DNA of 64,000 nt from Squalus acanthias (taxonomy: Eukaryota). How positions within the stretch are numbered: the stretch's first letter is position 1; the number at the start of each line of letters is the position of its first letter. The stretch covers positions 100,628,001-100,692,000 of the forward strand of contig CM059432.1 in assembly GCA_030390025.1 (NCBI GenBank), given 5' to 3'. Made by a program: the position numbers and the translations under genes. Below the pieces are notes generated by a model that saw nothing but the letters and a program-made list of their open reading frames with translations, did no database searches and had not been told where the DNA came from. Of this stretch, positions 26,961 to 40,237 are shown one piece after another.

Positions 26961-27687
26961 TTTTTGTTGCACTCCCTCCAGAGCTATGGCAGAAGTGTCC
27001 CAGAAGGGATGTCGATTTTTGGTCCTCCAAATATTACTTTGTTGCTAAGATGGCCAAATTACGAGGGTAAAAAAAAAATCCAGTTGCTGTAAATAAGTAC
27101 AAACCTGAGGTCAATTAGAATTTAATTGGTGTTAGTGAGGGAAGTTTGCAGATTGGAAGATGTTTGTAAACTTCCAACTCTTGGTCAGCATGAAAGGGTT
27201 TCCGCCAATCTTCCACCAATGTTACAGTAGGTGATCGGGAGAAGCCCAACAGAAATTACTGCTGTATATCTTAGAAGAATTTTGGGAAACAAAGAATTGA
27301 ATTTATCTACCCTTCTTATTTTCTGTGGACACTGTTAGTTCAAAGCAGGGAGAAGATACAAATGCCATGGAACATAATACATTATGGGCTAAAACTTTGT
27401 TTGCCCCCAAATACGGGCACAGGGATCATGATGCGGGATCAATCCACGCCCGTTCAAAGTAATGCAGGCAGCACACAAACTTTGTGCTGCCTGCTAATTA
27501 GAATGATTGTGGCATGCAGCCCAGCACTGAACGTGCTGCTGAGTGACTGCACGCTCAGCAGGGGGTCCAAGTTTATGCGAGGCTAGCACCAATTAAAGCT
27601 AGCCTGCACTTCTTAAAGGGGAGGTGCATTCTGGCTGCAGCAGGAGATTCAACTGGCTGGGGAACAGTGTGAGCAGGAAGAAGTTCA

Positions 27688-27927
27688 ATGGCACAAAGGG
27701 GGAAAGAGCGTGCTCCAAGTTTCTCGGATGCAGCACTGGAGGCATTGGTGCAGGAGGTGAACAAGAGGAGAGAAATCCTGTATCCACAGGGGGCCAGGAG
27801 GCCCTCCAGGCAAATGCGGAAATGGCAATGGGAGCAGATAGCTATCGAGTTCAATGCCAGCAGTGTAGCCCCGAAGACCTGGATGCAGTGCCGCAAGAAG
27901 TTCAATGACCTCACACGAGTGGTCAAG
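27688..27927 (+). pseudogene. Harbinger Myb/SANT-like DNA-binding protein, exon 1 (later exons ~28193-28346 and ~32252-33025 carry stops)
   Basis: MAQRGKERAPSFSDAALEALVQEV...WEQIA...KTWMQCRKKFNDL. Donor AAG|gtcagt. Phase-0 acceptor cttgcag|GACAAAGTG (DKVTHNRR*). Confidence 0.8.
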
Positions 27928-28371
27928 GTCAGTGAATTCATCTTCAAAGCCATATCCTTACAACTGAACCACTAGCCTCAATTCACCACACCCCCTTCAC
28001 TCACCTACCAACAATCTCTTTCAATCACGAATCAGACCATACATTTTTATCTTCACCTCACCCTCACACACTTAGCACTGCTACAAGCCTCACACCCACA
28101 TCTCACAGCTTGCAGACATTGCCAGCTATTCAACCATGATAGGCACATCCCAAACACATTGCACCACAGACACACTTCCATCTCTCTTGCAGGACAAAGT
28201 GACTCATAACCGCAGGTAGCAGGAGCTACCCGCAGGGAGACAGGCGCACCTGCATAACCTTACCCTAATGGAGGAGACACAGCTGGAGATCATTGGAGCA
28301 GCCATTGCTGAGCCTAATGGCAAGCAACGTGGCCGATACTCTGCAAGTATCTTTATACCTAATACTCCTCA

Positions 28372-31300
28372 GTCATAGAGTCACAACGGCATAGAAGGAG
28401 GCTATTCGGCCCATCGAGTCTGTGCCGGCTCTCTGTAGAGCAATCCAGTCAGTCCCATTCCCTCACTCTATCCCCGTAACCCTGCAAGTTTATTTCCTTC
28501 AAGTGCCTATCCAGTCTCCCCTTGAAAATATTGAGGGGGAAAAATTCAGTTGGTTGCGCCTCCCGTTAGCGCCTTAAGAGGGCTCTAATGGGGCGCAAAG
28601 CATCAAGCGCCCAGGCGCGGCGAAGTTTGCGCCGCTCGCGAAATTAACTAGACATTTTGCGGCGGCGCTAAACACTACCGCCACGATCTCCTACGTCGGC
28701 AGATCGTGACATCAGTCGAGTGCGCAACGCCCCGGAGCGGATATTGAGTGGCGCCCCCTGCCTTACCGCCTGATGCTAGCAACGACAGGTTGAGGGGAGC
28801 ATTCTCCAGTCATGAAGGGAAAGGGGGAGCGCTATTTAAAGGTGACCGCTTCCTGCCTTTTATTGTTGGTGCCATTTTTTAACTACGCATTCTGAGAGAG
28901 AGAGAGAGAGAGAGAGACTTCTGGAGAGATTCAACGTTGTGTGAAGGAGTTTTGGGTACTCAGCAGCACTTTGCAGGTTCATTTTGATTTGCCATTCCTC
29001 GTATCGATTTAGAAGAGATTGTGGGGGCTGCACTCTGAGCTCTTTGCCTGGTACTCTCCATTGTTCTTTCCAGCAGATTTGATGTGCAGGTCTCTCCAGG
29101 CCGAGATTCAAGGCTGCAATGAGCAGGATGTGGATGGAAAGCAAGATTAACCATCCCCTTTAAGAACTGGCCCGTGCCATTGTGTGTTTGTTCCATTGCT
29201 GACTGACATTACATGAGCTTCGCCAGCGCTCTGAGGTAGCGCCACGCTCCTCGGCCTTTGTGCCTTAAGACAGGTGTGAAGCGCCTGATTTAGCGCTCCA
29301 ATCACCTCCAGGGGCGATAAAAGTCAAGTTTGCAGTCGGTGGCGATAATTAGCGCCAGGCGCTAATCTTTGCGCCCGGCCGATAATTGCGCCCCAAATGG
29401 GGCGATACTGAATTTCTCCCCCTGAGTGTCTCCGCTTCCACCACTTCCATTGGCAGCGAGTTCCAGGTCTTCACCACTCGCTGCGTAAAAATTTTTTCCT
29501 CACATCCCCCCTGTATCTCTTGCCCAAAACCTTAAATCTGTGTCCCCTAGTCCTTGTACCATCAACTAGTGGGAACAGCCTTTCCCCATCTAGCCTATCC
29601 AAACCCGTCATAATCTTGTATACCTCTATCAAATCACCCCTCAACCTCCTTTGCTCTAATGAAAACAAATCCAGCTTCTCCAACCTGTCCTTGTAGCTAA
29701 GGTCCCCCATCCCCGGAACCATTCTGGTAAATCTCCTCTGCACCCTCTCAAGTGCCTTCACATCCTTCCTAAAGTGTGGTGACCAGAACTGGACGCAATA
29801 CTCCAGTTGTGGCCTAACCAACGATTTAGAAAGGTTCAGCATAACTTCTCTACTTTTGTACTCAATACCTCTATTTATGAAGCCCAAGATCCCATATACT
29901 TTGCTAACCACTCTCTCAATATGTCCTGCCACCTTCAGGGACCTATGCACATTAACTCCCAGGTCCCTTTGTCCCTGCACACTCATTAAAACTGTGCCAT
30001 TAAGTGTATATTGTCTCTCCCTGTTCCTTCTACCAAAATGCATCACCTCACACTTCTCTGTATTAAATTCCATTTGCCACTTGTCTGCCCATTCGGCTAG
30101 CCTTTCTACGTCCTGTTGCAGTCGATTAATATCATCATCACTGTTTGCCACACCCCCAAGTTTGGTGTCATTGGCAAATTTAGAAATTCTACTCTGTATT
30201 CCAATATCCAGGTCATTTATATATATCAAAAAAAGCAGTGGCCCCAGCACTGACCATTGGGGAACACCACTGTCTACCATCCTCCAGTCTGAAAAACAGG
30301 CATTTACCACAACTCGCTGTTTTCTGTCCTTAAGCCAATTCCTTATCCAAGCTGCCACTGACCCACCTATTCCATGAGCCTCAATTTTGTTAACCAGCCT
30401 TCTATGTGGTACTTTGTCAAATGCCTTCCTAAAATCCATGTAGACAACATCCATTGCATTCCCTTCATCAATCCTCCCTGTTACTTCATCAAAAAATTCA
30501 ATTAGATTAGTCAAACACAATCTGCCTTTTACAAATCCGTGTTGGCTCTCCTTAATTAGCTTAAACCTCTCCAAGGGCCCGTTAATTTTTTCCTTGATTA
30601 TTGTTTCTAAAACTTTACCCACCACTGATGTTAAACTGACCAGCCTGTAGTTACTAGGATTGTCCTTACACCCTTTCTTGAACAATAGTGTCACATTTGC
30701 CACTTTCTAATCCTCAAGCACCTCCCCCGCATCTAGGGAAGAATGGAAAATTATGGCAAGCCCTTCCGCTATCTCCTCCCGCAATTCCCTTAGCAACCTG
30801 GGATGCAAGCCATCTGGACCAGGCGACTTATCCCTTCTAAGCACACCCAGCCTTTCTAGTATATCGCCAATATCACCACTCTATAGCTCTTGCATATCTC
30901 TGCAATTTCCCTGCAGATTTGCTCCTCTACCTCCCTCTCACTATTTGGAGGCCTGTAGAATATCCCCAATAGCGTGATCATACCCTTTTTGCCCAACTCT
31001 AACCAAATGGATTCTGTCCTTGTCCCCTAAAGAACATCCTCCCTTTCAAACACTACAATGTCTTCCTTAATCAGCACTGCCACCCCACCTCCCTTTTTTC
31101 CTTCCCTATCTTTTCTGAACACCTTGTACCCTTGAATATTAAGTGCCCAGTCCTCACCGTTTTTAAGCCACGTTTCCATTATTACCACATCATATTGCCA
31201 CACGGCTAATTGTGCTTGTAGCTCACCAACCTTATTCACCACACTTTGTGTATTTAGGTACATGCATTCGAAACCCATTTTTTAATTTGTCGTAGTCTTT

Positions 31301-32110
31301 CTTAGTCTGCTCCTATCTAATATGGTACTACTTCTGCCTCTAGTACTACTTTCTTCTCCAGTACTATCCAACACACTCATTCTTTTATGCACCTTATTCC
31401 TCTTTTCTACTCCTATATGCTGGTGCCCATCCCCCTGCCAAGCTAGTTTGAATCCTCCCCAACGGCACTAGCAAGCCTCTCCGCGAGAATATTGGTCCCG
31501 GCTCTGTTGAGGTGTAAACTGTCCGGCTTGTACAGGTCCCACCTTCCCCAGAAACGGTCCCAATGCCTCAGGAATCTAAAGCCCACCCTCCTGCGCCATC
31601 TCTCCAGCCACGCATTCATCTGTTCTGGCCTCCTATTCCTGTACTCACTAGCACGTGGCACCGGGAGTAATCCGGAGATTACTACACTACCTTTGAGGTC
31701 CTGCTTATTAATCTCTTTCCTAGCTCCCTATAGTCTGCCTGCAGGACCTCCTCCCTCTTTCTGCCTATGTCGTTGGTACCGATATGGACAACGACCTCTA
31801 GCTGTTCACCCTCCCCCCTCAGAGTGTCCTGCAGCCGCTCAGTGACATCCTTGACCCTGGCACCAGGGAGGCAACATACCATCCTGGAGTCACGTCTGCG
31901 GCCACAGAAATGCCTATCTGTTCGCCTAACCAATGAATCCCCTATCACTATTGCTCTTCCACTCTTCTTCCTCCCCCCGTGCAGCTGAGCCACCTGTGGT
32001 GCCGTGGCCTTGGCTCTGACTGCTCTTCCCAGAAGAGCCATCACCCCCACCAGTTTCCAGAACTGTGAACTGGTTATTGAGCGAGATGCACTCTGGGGAT
32101 TCCTGCCCTA
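28372..32110 (-). mobile_element. CR1 LINE (ORF1 esterase, internally deleted ORF2, 3' tail) inside the Harbinger Myb intron
   Basis: ORF1 esterase 31443-32050, EN start 31027-31278, RT 29471..30703 (FAND, PQWS mutations). Deletion junction ~30865. Tail near 28372. Confidence 0.9.
28535..29422 (-). mobile_element. MITE family B, second copy, inserted in CR1 3' end
   Basis: TIR GGGGGAAAAATTC / GAATTTCTCCCCC. TSD TGA (28532-34, 29423-25). Core nearly identical to 6550-6900. Confidence 0.9.
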
Positions 32111-33025
32111 CCTGCCTGGTCCTCCTTCACACATCCCACTTCCCCCCATCCCACAATCTCTTCTGATTTACAAGCTGCAGATGCTGTGAGCATCTCTTGC
32201 TTTCCCCCCTCCCCTCACAACAACCCTACCTTTGTGACTTTCTCCTTTCAGATAGCCAATAACTCCAACCTGGCCAGGCAGTGGTGGAACAGCACGAACT
32301 GCAAGAGGAAGAAGGCAGTGATGCTGAAGACACAGCAGCGTCACGGGATTTCACACTCGCAGCCACCAGCTCAGATACTGACACTGTGCCTACTTTAGAG
32401 GGTAGCATAGAGGCAGGATCTGCATGAGGTGAGAAACTGAGCACAAGTGAGCTGCAGCCAGGGCAGGGGGAAATGGTAGCTCAGGTGCCAGCTCCCTGGA
32501 GGGCGAGGTTGCTCACGAGTTCTGCTGCACAGGACTCAGATGAGGACTTCAATGGAGTGTCCTCCAGAAGAATGCTGATGGGTATACAAGAGACGTTTGG
32601 TGCATTGGCAGGCCTGTCAGAAAACCTGAATGCAATGTCAAGGAGCATGGAGGAATCTGGCACCAAACTTGCACAGGGCTTTGTGCAGAGCTTGGAGCCC
32701 AGCCTTTCCAGCGTGGAAGTGGTGGGCAAATCCAGTAGTGCACCTGTGGACCCAACCATGATGTAGCATCTGACGGCCGATGTCTCAGCTTCCAAATGTC
32801 TGAGGGCTGCACTGGAAGCTCAGACTGAAGTCATGCAAGCTCAGCTTGTTGCCACGCAAGCAAAGACTGCTGCCATCATGGCTGTGGTTACCAGTGGTGA
32901 AAGGGGCTTGCAGGGTGTCACAGCAGTCCAGCAATCGGTCCTCCAACAGATTGGTAGGATTGCTGAGGCGCCGCCCCGGGGGAGTGGCAGTGGGTCTGTG
33001 GAGGACGAACCTGCTGTCCTCTCTC

Positions 33026-33775
33026 AGGCTGCAGACAGGTTGAGAAGGACGAGGAGGGATAGTTTACCATTGTCACAGTCACATAGGATGTCATTTGTGG
33101 CTTTGATAAGAGCCGTTTCGGTACTGTGGCAGGGGCGGAAACCTGATTGGAAGGATTCAAACATGGAGATCCGGGAAAGATGGGCACGGATTTGGGAGGC
33201 GACAACACGTTCAAGGTCTTTGGAGAGGAAGGGAGGTTGGAGATGGGATAGGAGTTTGCAAGGATGGAGGGATCAAGGGTTGGTTTGTTGAGGAGAGGGG
33301 TGATGACAGCAGATTTGAAGGAGAGGGGGAGAGTACCTGAAGAGAGAGAACCGTTAGCAATATCAGCTAACAGGGTAGCCAGAAAAGGAAGTTGGGTGGT
33401 CAGCAGTTTAGTGGGAATAGGGTTGAGAGAGCAGGAAGTGAGTCTCATGGACAAGATGAGCATGGAGAGGTCATGAGGAGAGATCGGAGAGAAACTCGAG
33501 AAAGATGCAAATTCAGGGCTAGGGCAGGGTGGAACCTCAGAGGAAGTTTGGCCCGGTGGGCTAGATGAAGGAAGGGAAGTGGCAGGAGCAGCTGATCAGA
33601 TGGTCTCAATCTTAGGGACAAAGAAGTCCATAAGCTCCTTGCACTTGTTGCTGGAGGTGAGGGTGGAGGAGACAGGGGAGAGGGGTTTAAGAAGATGGTT
33701 TGCAGTGGAGAATAGAAGCCGCGGGTTATCTTTGCATTCCAGAATGATCCTGGAATAGAGTGCAGTTTTGGCAGA
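33026..33775 (-). mobile_element. L2-clade LINE RT fragment
   Basis: CSLNPIPTKLL...[27 protein letters not shown]...PISNLP, and KDNPRLLFSTANHLL. Confidence 0.85.
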
Positions 33776-34242
33776 CGTTAAGTGCATATCCAAGTGCTTT
33801 TTAAATGCGATCAGTGTTTCGGCTTCTACCACCCTTTCAGGCAGTGAGTTCCAGACCTTCACCACCCTCTGGGTGAAAAAAATTTCTCAACTCCCCTCTA
33901 ATCCTTCTACCAAGGTTATTGACCTCTCTACTAAGGGAAATAGGTCCTTCCTATCCACTCTATCTAGGCCCCTCATAATTTTGTACACCTCAATTAAATC
34001 TCCCCTCAGCATCCTCTGTTCCAAAGAAAACAACCCCAGCCTATCCAATCTTTCCTTAGAGCTAAAATTCTCCAGTCCTGGCAACATCCTCGTAATTCTC
34101 CTCTGTACCCTCTCTAGTGCAATCACATCTTTCCTGTAATGCGGTGACCAGAACTGTACGCAGTAATCTAGCTGCGGCCTAACTGGTGTTTTATATAGTT
34201 CAAGCATAACCTCCCTGCTCTTATATTCTATGCCTCGGCTAG
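33776..34242 (-). mobile_element. CR1 ORF2 C-terminal fragment
   Basis: RGIEYKSREVMLELYK...YCVQFWSP...LRGDLIEVYKIM...VKVWNSLP. Confidence 0.9.
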
Positions 34243-34244
34243 AT

Positions 34245-35074
34245 GCATGCTGCACATGTGTGCTTGGGTTGCACACCAGAGTCATGAGCTAGGTGGTCAG
34301 TGGATAGCCCTTGTTGCCCAGTAGCCACCCTCTAGTTTGTCGTGGTGGCTCAAATGCGGATGGTACAGCAGACTGTAGCAGAATGAAGGCATCACGACTG
34401 CTGCCAGGATACCGAGCATTGACTTGCATGATGCGCTGAGTGTGGTCGCACACCAGCTGGACATTGAGGAAGTGGAATCCCTTCCGGTTGCAGTACATTT
34501 TCGAATTCACATGCGGCGCCCATAAAGCAACGTGTGTGCAGTCAATAGCACCCTGCAGAATGTGGAAGCCTGCTATCCTAGCAAAGGCACGTGCTTGCTC
34601 CACCTGCTTCTCTCTGGCAAGAGAGAATGAAATGTATTCATCTCTCATTGCATACAGAGTCTCAGTGACCTCCCTTATGCAACTGTGCACGGTGAACTGG
34701 GAGATGCTGGAAATATCGCCTGCTCCAGCCTGGAAGGAGCCCAACACATAAAAGTTCATGGCCACGCTCACCTCAACAGCCATTGGCAATACTGTCCTCG
34801 TCCAGATCTGAGGCTGCAGTTCAGCCTGCAACAGGTGGCAGATTTCAGTGAGCATCTTCTTAGTGAAGCGGAGACGTTGCACACACTGTTCCTCACTGAG
34901 GTTGAGGTCGGAGAATTGCTCCCTGAAGACCCTGGGTGGATATAGCCTCCTGCTGAGAGCCCTTCTACCCATCCTCTTCCTCCCTCTTCGAGCAACTTGC
35001 CCTCCTCCACATCGCCTGCGCTCATCCTCCCTGTCATGCTGCAGGCCAAGGGGGATACAAACTACTGCACACAT
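34245..35074 (-). pseudogene. Harbinger (HARBI1-like) DDE transposase, 3' truncated
   Basis: ORF 34289..35137: LSEEQCVQRLRFTK, GAIDCTHV, YCNRKGFHFLNVQLVCD, ARYPGSSRDAFIL, LLGNKGY (expected GDxGY Asp replaced by Asn). Confidence 0.9.
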
Positions 35075-35974
35075 GTCTGGGAGCAACTGGCCTGAGCAGA
35101 ATTCTTGAAGTAACCTGCCACGCCACTCCCTGGACACTTCAGCAGCTTCAAATAAGACACCAAACCAAGAAACACCTCTACAAGCTCAGCAAGAGCCAGT
35201 AGAAATCAGTCAGCAACTGACTTGAAAGCAGGTGATGATCCCTTTAAATAGCGTGGGTGAGGGGGTCCTTCCTGCTGCTGAACACATGTTCAGCTGTGCA
35301 TAGTTAAGCGAGGGCGTTAGCTCCAGCATTGAGGTCGAAAATGGCAGCGCTGATGTCAAATCATACATGCTGATTGACGTCATGATCTGCATGCTCTGCA
35401 TAATTCCAGCACCCGCGCTAATGATCTACCCACAATGGTGTCAGGCGCGGCCCGCGCCAGAGGTGTGCGCACACTCCTTGCAGGCCAAATTGGGCACTAC
35501 AGAGCCGAATTTAGCGGCAACTGACTTCACCCTGTAGGACGACCCCTTTCAAGACTTCCTGGGGTGAATGCAAGCTGAGGATCTGCAATGTCATTGGCTG
35601 CAATTGTTTTGTGAAGTCAGTGAAGTAAATGATATTTCAACATAACTATAATCATTATCTTGACTGATGTGAAATAACAGAGAACTATGAACATAACATT
35701 AAAGTGAGTTAACAATGCTTTATTAATGGAGCTGCGCTGTTTTTAAAGTGAGGGAGTTTGAGCTCACACAAGCTTTAGTGAATAAGCCATAGATGGTGAA
35801 GAGGACACGTTTTAGCAGTTTCTGCCAGATCTTAAACAGACTGGAGAAGAATGAGGACCAATTACATTGGCGTATAAATTTGTCTTGGGCAGTGGAGCAA
35901 AACAGACGATAGTGAATCATCAGCATGTTTCCATTGAAGTCAATGGGAAAGAAAATTGGGCGGAGTGATAATGC

Positions 35975-36396
35975 CAGGGATGAGGGAGTTCAGTTATGCG
36001 GAGAGATTGGAAAAGCTGTAATTGTTCTTCTTAGAACAGAGAAGGCTCAGGGGAGACCTAATAGAGTTAGGTAGGGAGAAACTATTTCCTCTGGCAAGTG
36101 GGTCGGTAATCAGAGATCATAGATTTAAAATAATTTGCAAAAGAACTAGAGGGGAAATGAGGAAAAATTTCTTCACACAGAGCATTATTAAGATTTGGAA
36201 CGCACTACCTGAAAGGGTGGTAGAATCAGATCCCACAGGAACTTTTAAAAGGCAACTGGACCTGTACTTGAAGTGGACTAATTTGCAGGGTTGTGGGGAA
36301 AAAGCTGGGCGGTGCGACTAAATTGGACAGCTCTTTCAAAGAGCCGGCACAGGCCTGACGGGCCGAATGGCCTCCATCTGTGCTGTAAAATTCTAT
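35975..36396 (+). mobile_element. CR1 3' end fragment
   Basis: FFLEQRRLRGDLIE...NFFTQ...WNALP, then 3' UTR gggccgaatggcctcc and ttctatg tail. Confidence 0.85.
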
Positions 36397-37200
36397 GGGG
36401 GGGATTTTAACCTAAAAAAACAGGTGGGTTGGGGTCATGTGGGAAGTTAAAGTGTTAAAAATCTGAATGACGACCAGAACCCGCCTCCAACCTGCCCACT
36501 TCCGGTTTTAACGGAGTTGGGACGGGGCGGGCAGCCAACCTGCTCCCTGGAGACGGGTCATCCATTTAAATATTATAATGAGGCTGAAAGCCTCTGCTTT
36601 AACCTCCATTTTGAATTTAACTTTAGCTGGTTGGGTTTTGCACGCCTTGTGAAACCCGCCAGCTAATGCAAGGCGAGGACTGCTGGATCCAGGAGGTAAG
36701 TGTCTTTACGCTTACCTCCTGGATCCAGTGTCCCTACCGCCCACGATTGGAGACCCCGCACGAGGCCTCCTATTCACCCCCCAGGCCTCCGATCCCAGCC
36801 ATGAGGCCTCCACCCCTCCCATGCTCCTCCGGCCTCCGATACCCACCCAACCCACACCACCGCCCACCGCTCCTCCGGCCCCCAATCCTCACCTGAACCC
36901 ACGCCCGCCAAGTGCTGGTCCCGGCCCCCGATCCTCACCCCTGCTCCTCCGGCCTTCCCTCTCCCCCCACCCCCGTCTCCTCCAGCTGCCCCCGGCCCCC
37001 ACACGATCTCTCCCTCCCTCTGCGGCCTAGTGCCGAAGGCCTACCCGCCCGCAGCCAGCCAGCCTCTCAATCTGGGTGGCTGCAGGTGGGAAACAGGTTT
37101 CTCATGCAAATCAGGCCCTGCCATTAAATTCGGCAGGGCCTGCGGCAAACCCATTCTCCCAGGTTTCCCAACCGCTTCAGAGCCCCCCGCTCCCAACCTA
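36397..37200 (+). mobile_element. MITE-like element with C-rich core
   Basis: Starts gggggggattttaacctaaaaa. The first ~330 bp are inversely homologous to 40720-40993. Confidence 0.6.
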
Positions 37201-37660
37201 TCATAGAATCATATAGCACAGAAGGAGGCCATTTTTGGCCCATCGTGCCTGTGCTGGCTCTTTGGTAGAGTTATCCAATCAATCCCACTTCCCTGCTCTT
37301 TCCTCATAGCCCTGTAAATGTTCTCCCTTCAAGTATTAATCCAATTCTCTTTTGAATGTTACTATTGAATCTGCTTCCACCACCCTTTCATGCAGTGCAT
37401 TCCAGATCACAGCAACTCGCTGTGTAAAAAAATATTTCCTCATGTCTGCTCTGGTTCTTTTGCCTATCACCTTAAATCTGTGTCCTCTGGTTACCAACCC
37501 TTCTGCCACTGGAAACAGTTTCTCCTTATTTACAAAATCAAAACCAGTCATGATTTTGAACACCTCGATCAAATCTCCTCAATCTTCTCTGCTCTAAGGA
37601 GAACAACCCCAGCTTCTCCAGTCTCTCTACATAACTAAAGTCCCCATCCCTGGTACCAGT
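37200..37660 (-). mobile_element. CR1 3' end fragment
   Basis: IEVFKIM...RGHRFKVIGKR...FFTQRV..WNAL, with tail catagaatcata. Confidence 0.85.
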
Positions 37661-37713
37661 CGAGAAAATCTCCACTACATTTGCCCCATATCTGTTCCCT
37701 CCTCAAAGAACTA

Positions 37714-38068
37714 CAGGAAACTCTTTCGTATCCGGCACCGACGGGACCGGGATGGTGCCGGTTGATTAAAAATTCCGGATAACGGAGAGGTGTATCTACC
37801 GAGGCTATTTTTAACAAACAAAAATAAAAAAATCAAGAAATGTGCAGTATAATTGGGTACGCCCCTACAGAATGTTGTGTTAAATGGATGGTGGAAGATG
37901 CTTGATTAAGTACAGTAAGGCCAGTTGAAGGTAATCCATAACTCTTTAATTACTTAACAGTAAAACAAAACTTATAAACGACTGTATACTGTAATTTTCG
38001 GAGTATGAATTCTGCCGGTTATTAGAGAATTCCGGATATTTAGGTGCCGTTTAAACGAGAGTTTCCTG
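37714..38068. mobile_element. Tc1/mariner (Tigger/pogo-like) MITE
   Basis: TA TSD on both sides. TIR CAGGAAACTCTttcgtAtcCGGCACC versus CAGGAAACTCTcgtttAaaCGGCACC. Confidence 0.8.
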
Positions 38069-39053
38069 TATCAGGTTTGTCAAACACAATCCATCTTACT
38101 TCCTGACCACAGACACCAAACAAAAGGGTTTGGACTGGAATAGATGAGAGATGACAAATGCTCAATCGAAGAGCTATGTTTTAAGGAGGCTTTTAAAGGC
38201 ATGGCAGACAGGCCTAGGAAGTGACTTTCAAACATTTGGTCTGTGACAGTTGATAACTCTTCCGCCAAATTAGGAGTGATGGGAAGGGAATCCACAGGAA
38301 GCCACAGTCAGAGGACCGTAAGCCATGCAATGGGATGTCGGGCTGGAGGAGGGTTGTAATGGAATGGTCCAGTAATGCTGTGGATTCTGAATTCAATGTG
38401 TTGGGAGACAGGGAGTTATTGGAAGTTGGTAAGGATTCTAGTGATAATTCACAGTTTCTGCTACTGATTTGCCAATCAAGGGAAACAATCATTTCATCAG
38501 GTTGACTGGATCACAGGTATCCCTCATTGTGCTCCAAAGACTCCAACAGAGGTACCAGCAAATTCACACAGGTGGAGATTCTGTTTACCAGTCCTCACAT
38601 TCAAGATTGGGAGTGCAGTCTTCCCAAAGAGACACACCACACTAACTTAATCCCAGAGAGCTCAAGCACAGGTTAGCAGTCGTCAAGGCTTAAGGGACTC
38701 CTCCCCACCCCTGGAGTGTACACAGGGGAACTGCTGGAGTTTAACAGAAGAGCTCCTCAATACAGAGCACTGCTGGGCTTCCCATCACTTGTGCAGGCAG
38801 GACCAGCTATCAATGAGGGAACTGCCTTGCTGGATCTGATTGGGAAGAATCCCAAACACCAATAATATGCATTTGTTGAATGCTGTCCAGCTTAGTTGTG
38901 CCCACATAGCACCAGCAAATTTTAAAAACTGATAAACCTAAGTAAAGGGGCCAAGGGCCGTGGTTAGCAGCTAGTTCTCACTCAAATCAGTTTGTTACCA
39001 TCAGGTTATGGAAGTCCAAATAAGACTTGGGTATACAAGGAACTACTGCTGGG

Positions 39054-39224
39054 CAATGTTCCCTGTAATCTGCACAGCCGTGCGGCGCAGTGATGGGAAG
39101 GGTCCCGCGCAGGCTGCTCACCGGCTTTTACATTGGAAATACTGGGCACGCGCAGAAATTTAAAGGGATCGCATATTAAAAGAAACAGGCCGCGCAGAAC
39201 AAAGCGCAGCTTACAGAGGACATG
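39054..39224. mobile_element. hAT-type MITE, degenerate copy
   Basis: CAATGTTCCCTGTAA start and decayed ttacagaggacatg end. Similar termini and length to 42008-42177. No TSD recognised. Confidence 0.5.
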
Positions 39225-40237
39225 CCTTCCCCAGTAAAACTCAGCACTATGATTCTATGATAAATCGGGCTACTGAGTTGCTATCGCCCATTCTGCTCTA
39301 CCATCTAAGATGAATTTATACCCCATTGGGTCCTACCTACCAAAGTGCACACACTCCTGATCTTCTTCAAATCATTTCATCTTACAATTTTAGATTGGAT
39401 CAAATAGTTCCAGATAAAGCAATTATTACTATAAGTTCTTAACTAATTACCTTTCTTAATTAATTTACTCTTTTACTAACGAGTTAAGAAACATTATTGA
39501 CTTTACATGTTTCATTTACGCTTATATTTTTGCTGAATATATGTCTTTAAATAAATGAGTTCCAATCATATCACCAGGAAACTAGCTTGGAGCACTTACA
39601 AGCCTGATAGCATGAGGGAGCTGAATTAATATCAGTGGAGATCAATCATTAATACAGGCTGCCTCAATGCTCATGTCATTTCGAATGTGTGTGGTAATTT
39701 ATTTCCTTCAAATTTCATTTTTCATATTGCTAAATTTTAAAACGTAGCATGATTAATTGTGCAAGAGCTGACTGAAGTTGTTGTCATCTTAGTGTATTAA
39801 TGAACAGGGCGGGGGGCAAAGTGTGCTGACGTGATGTTAAAGAGGAAGCATCAAAAACAACAACAACTTGCATTTATGTAGCACCTTTAAAGTAGAAAAA
39901 TGTCCTAAATCACTTCACAGAGGAGAAATCAGACAAACATGGATGCTGAGAAATGTATTTCCATAAATACACCTTTTAAAATTGAACAGTTGTGAAGAAT
40001 TATGATTAATCATAAACTTCCTCACAGAGAGTGCTGATACCATCATGGGAGAAAATCAGTTTGGAGGAGTTACCGAGTGCAACTGTGTGAGGGTATTAAA
40101 TTAAGTAAGTACACCTAAAATGACATGATCAATAAAACACTCTGGTAGCTGTCTTCAGCACAATAATTAGCTAAATAACTTCTTCAAGTCTATCCCCCAC
40201 CTTCATATTGACACCATTATTATTAATTAACAAAAGT

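Larger units (their letters stand above)
27386..35518. mobile_element. Fragmented autonomous-type PIF/Harbinger transposon (Myb gene +, transposase -) with nested LINEs
   Basis: Myb exons at 27688, 28193 and 32252 face a transposase at 34245-35074. Termini are degenerate and approximate. Confidence 0.7.
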
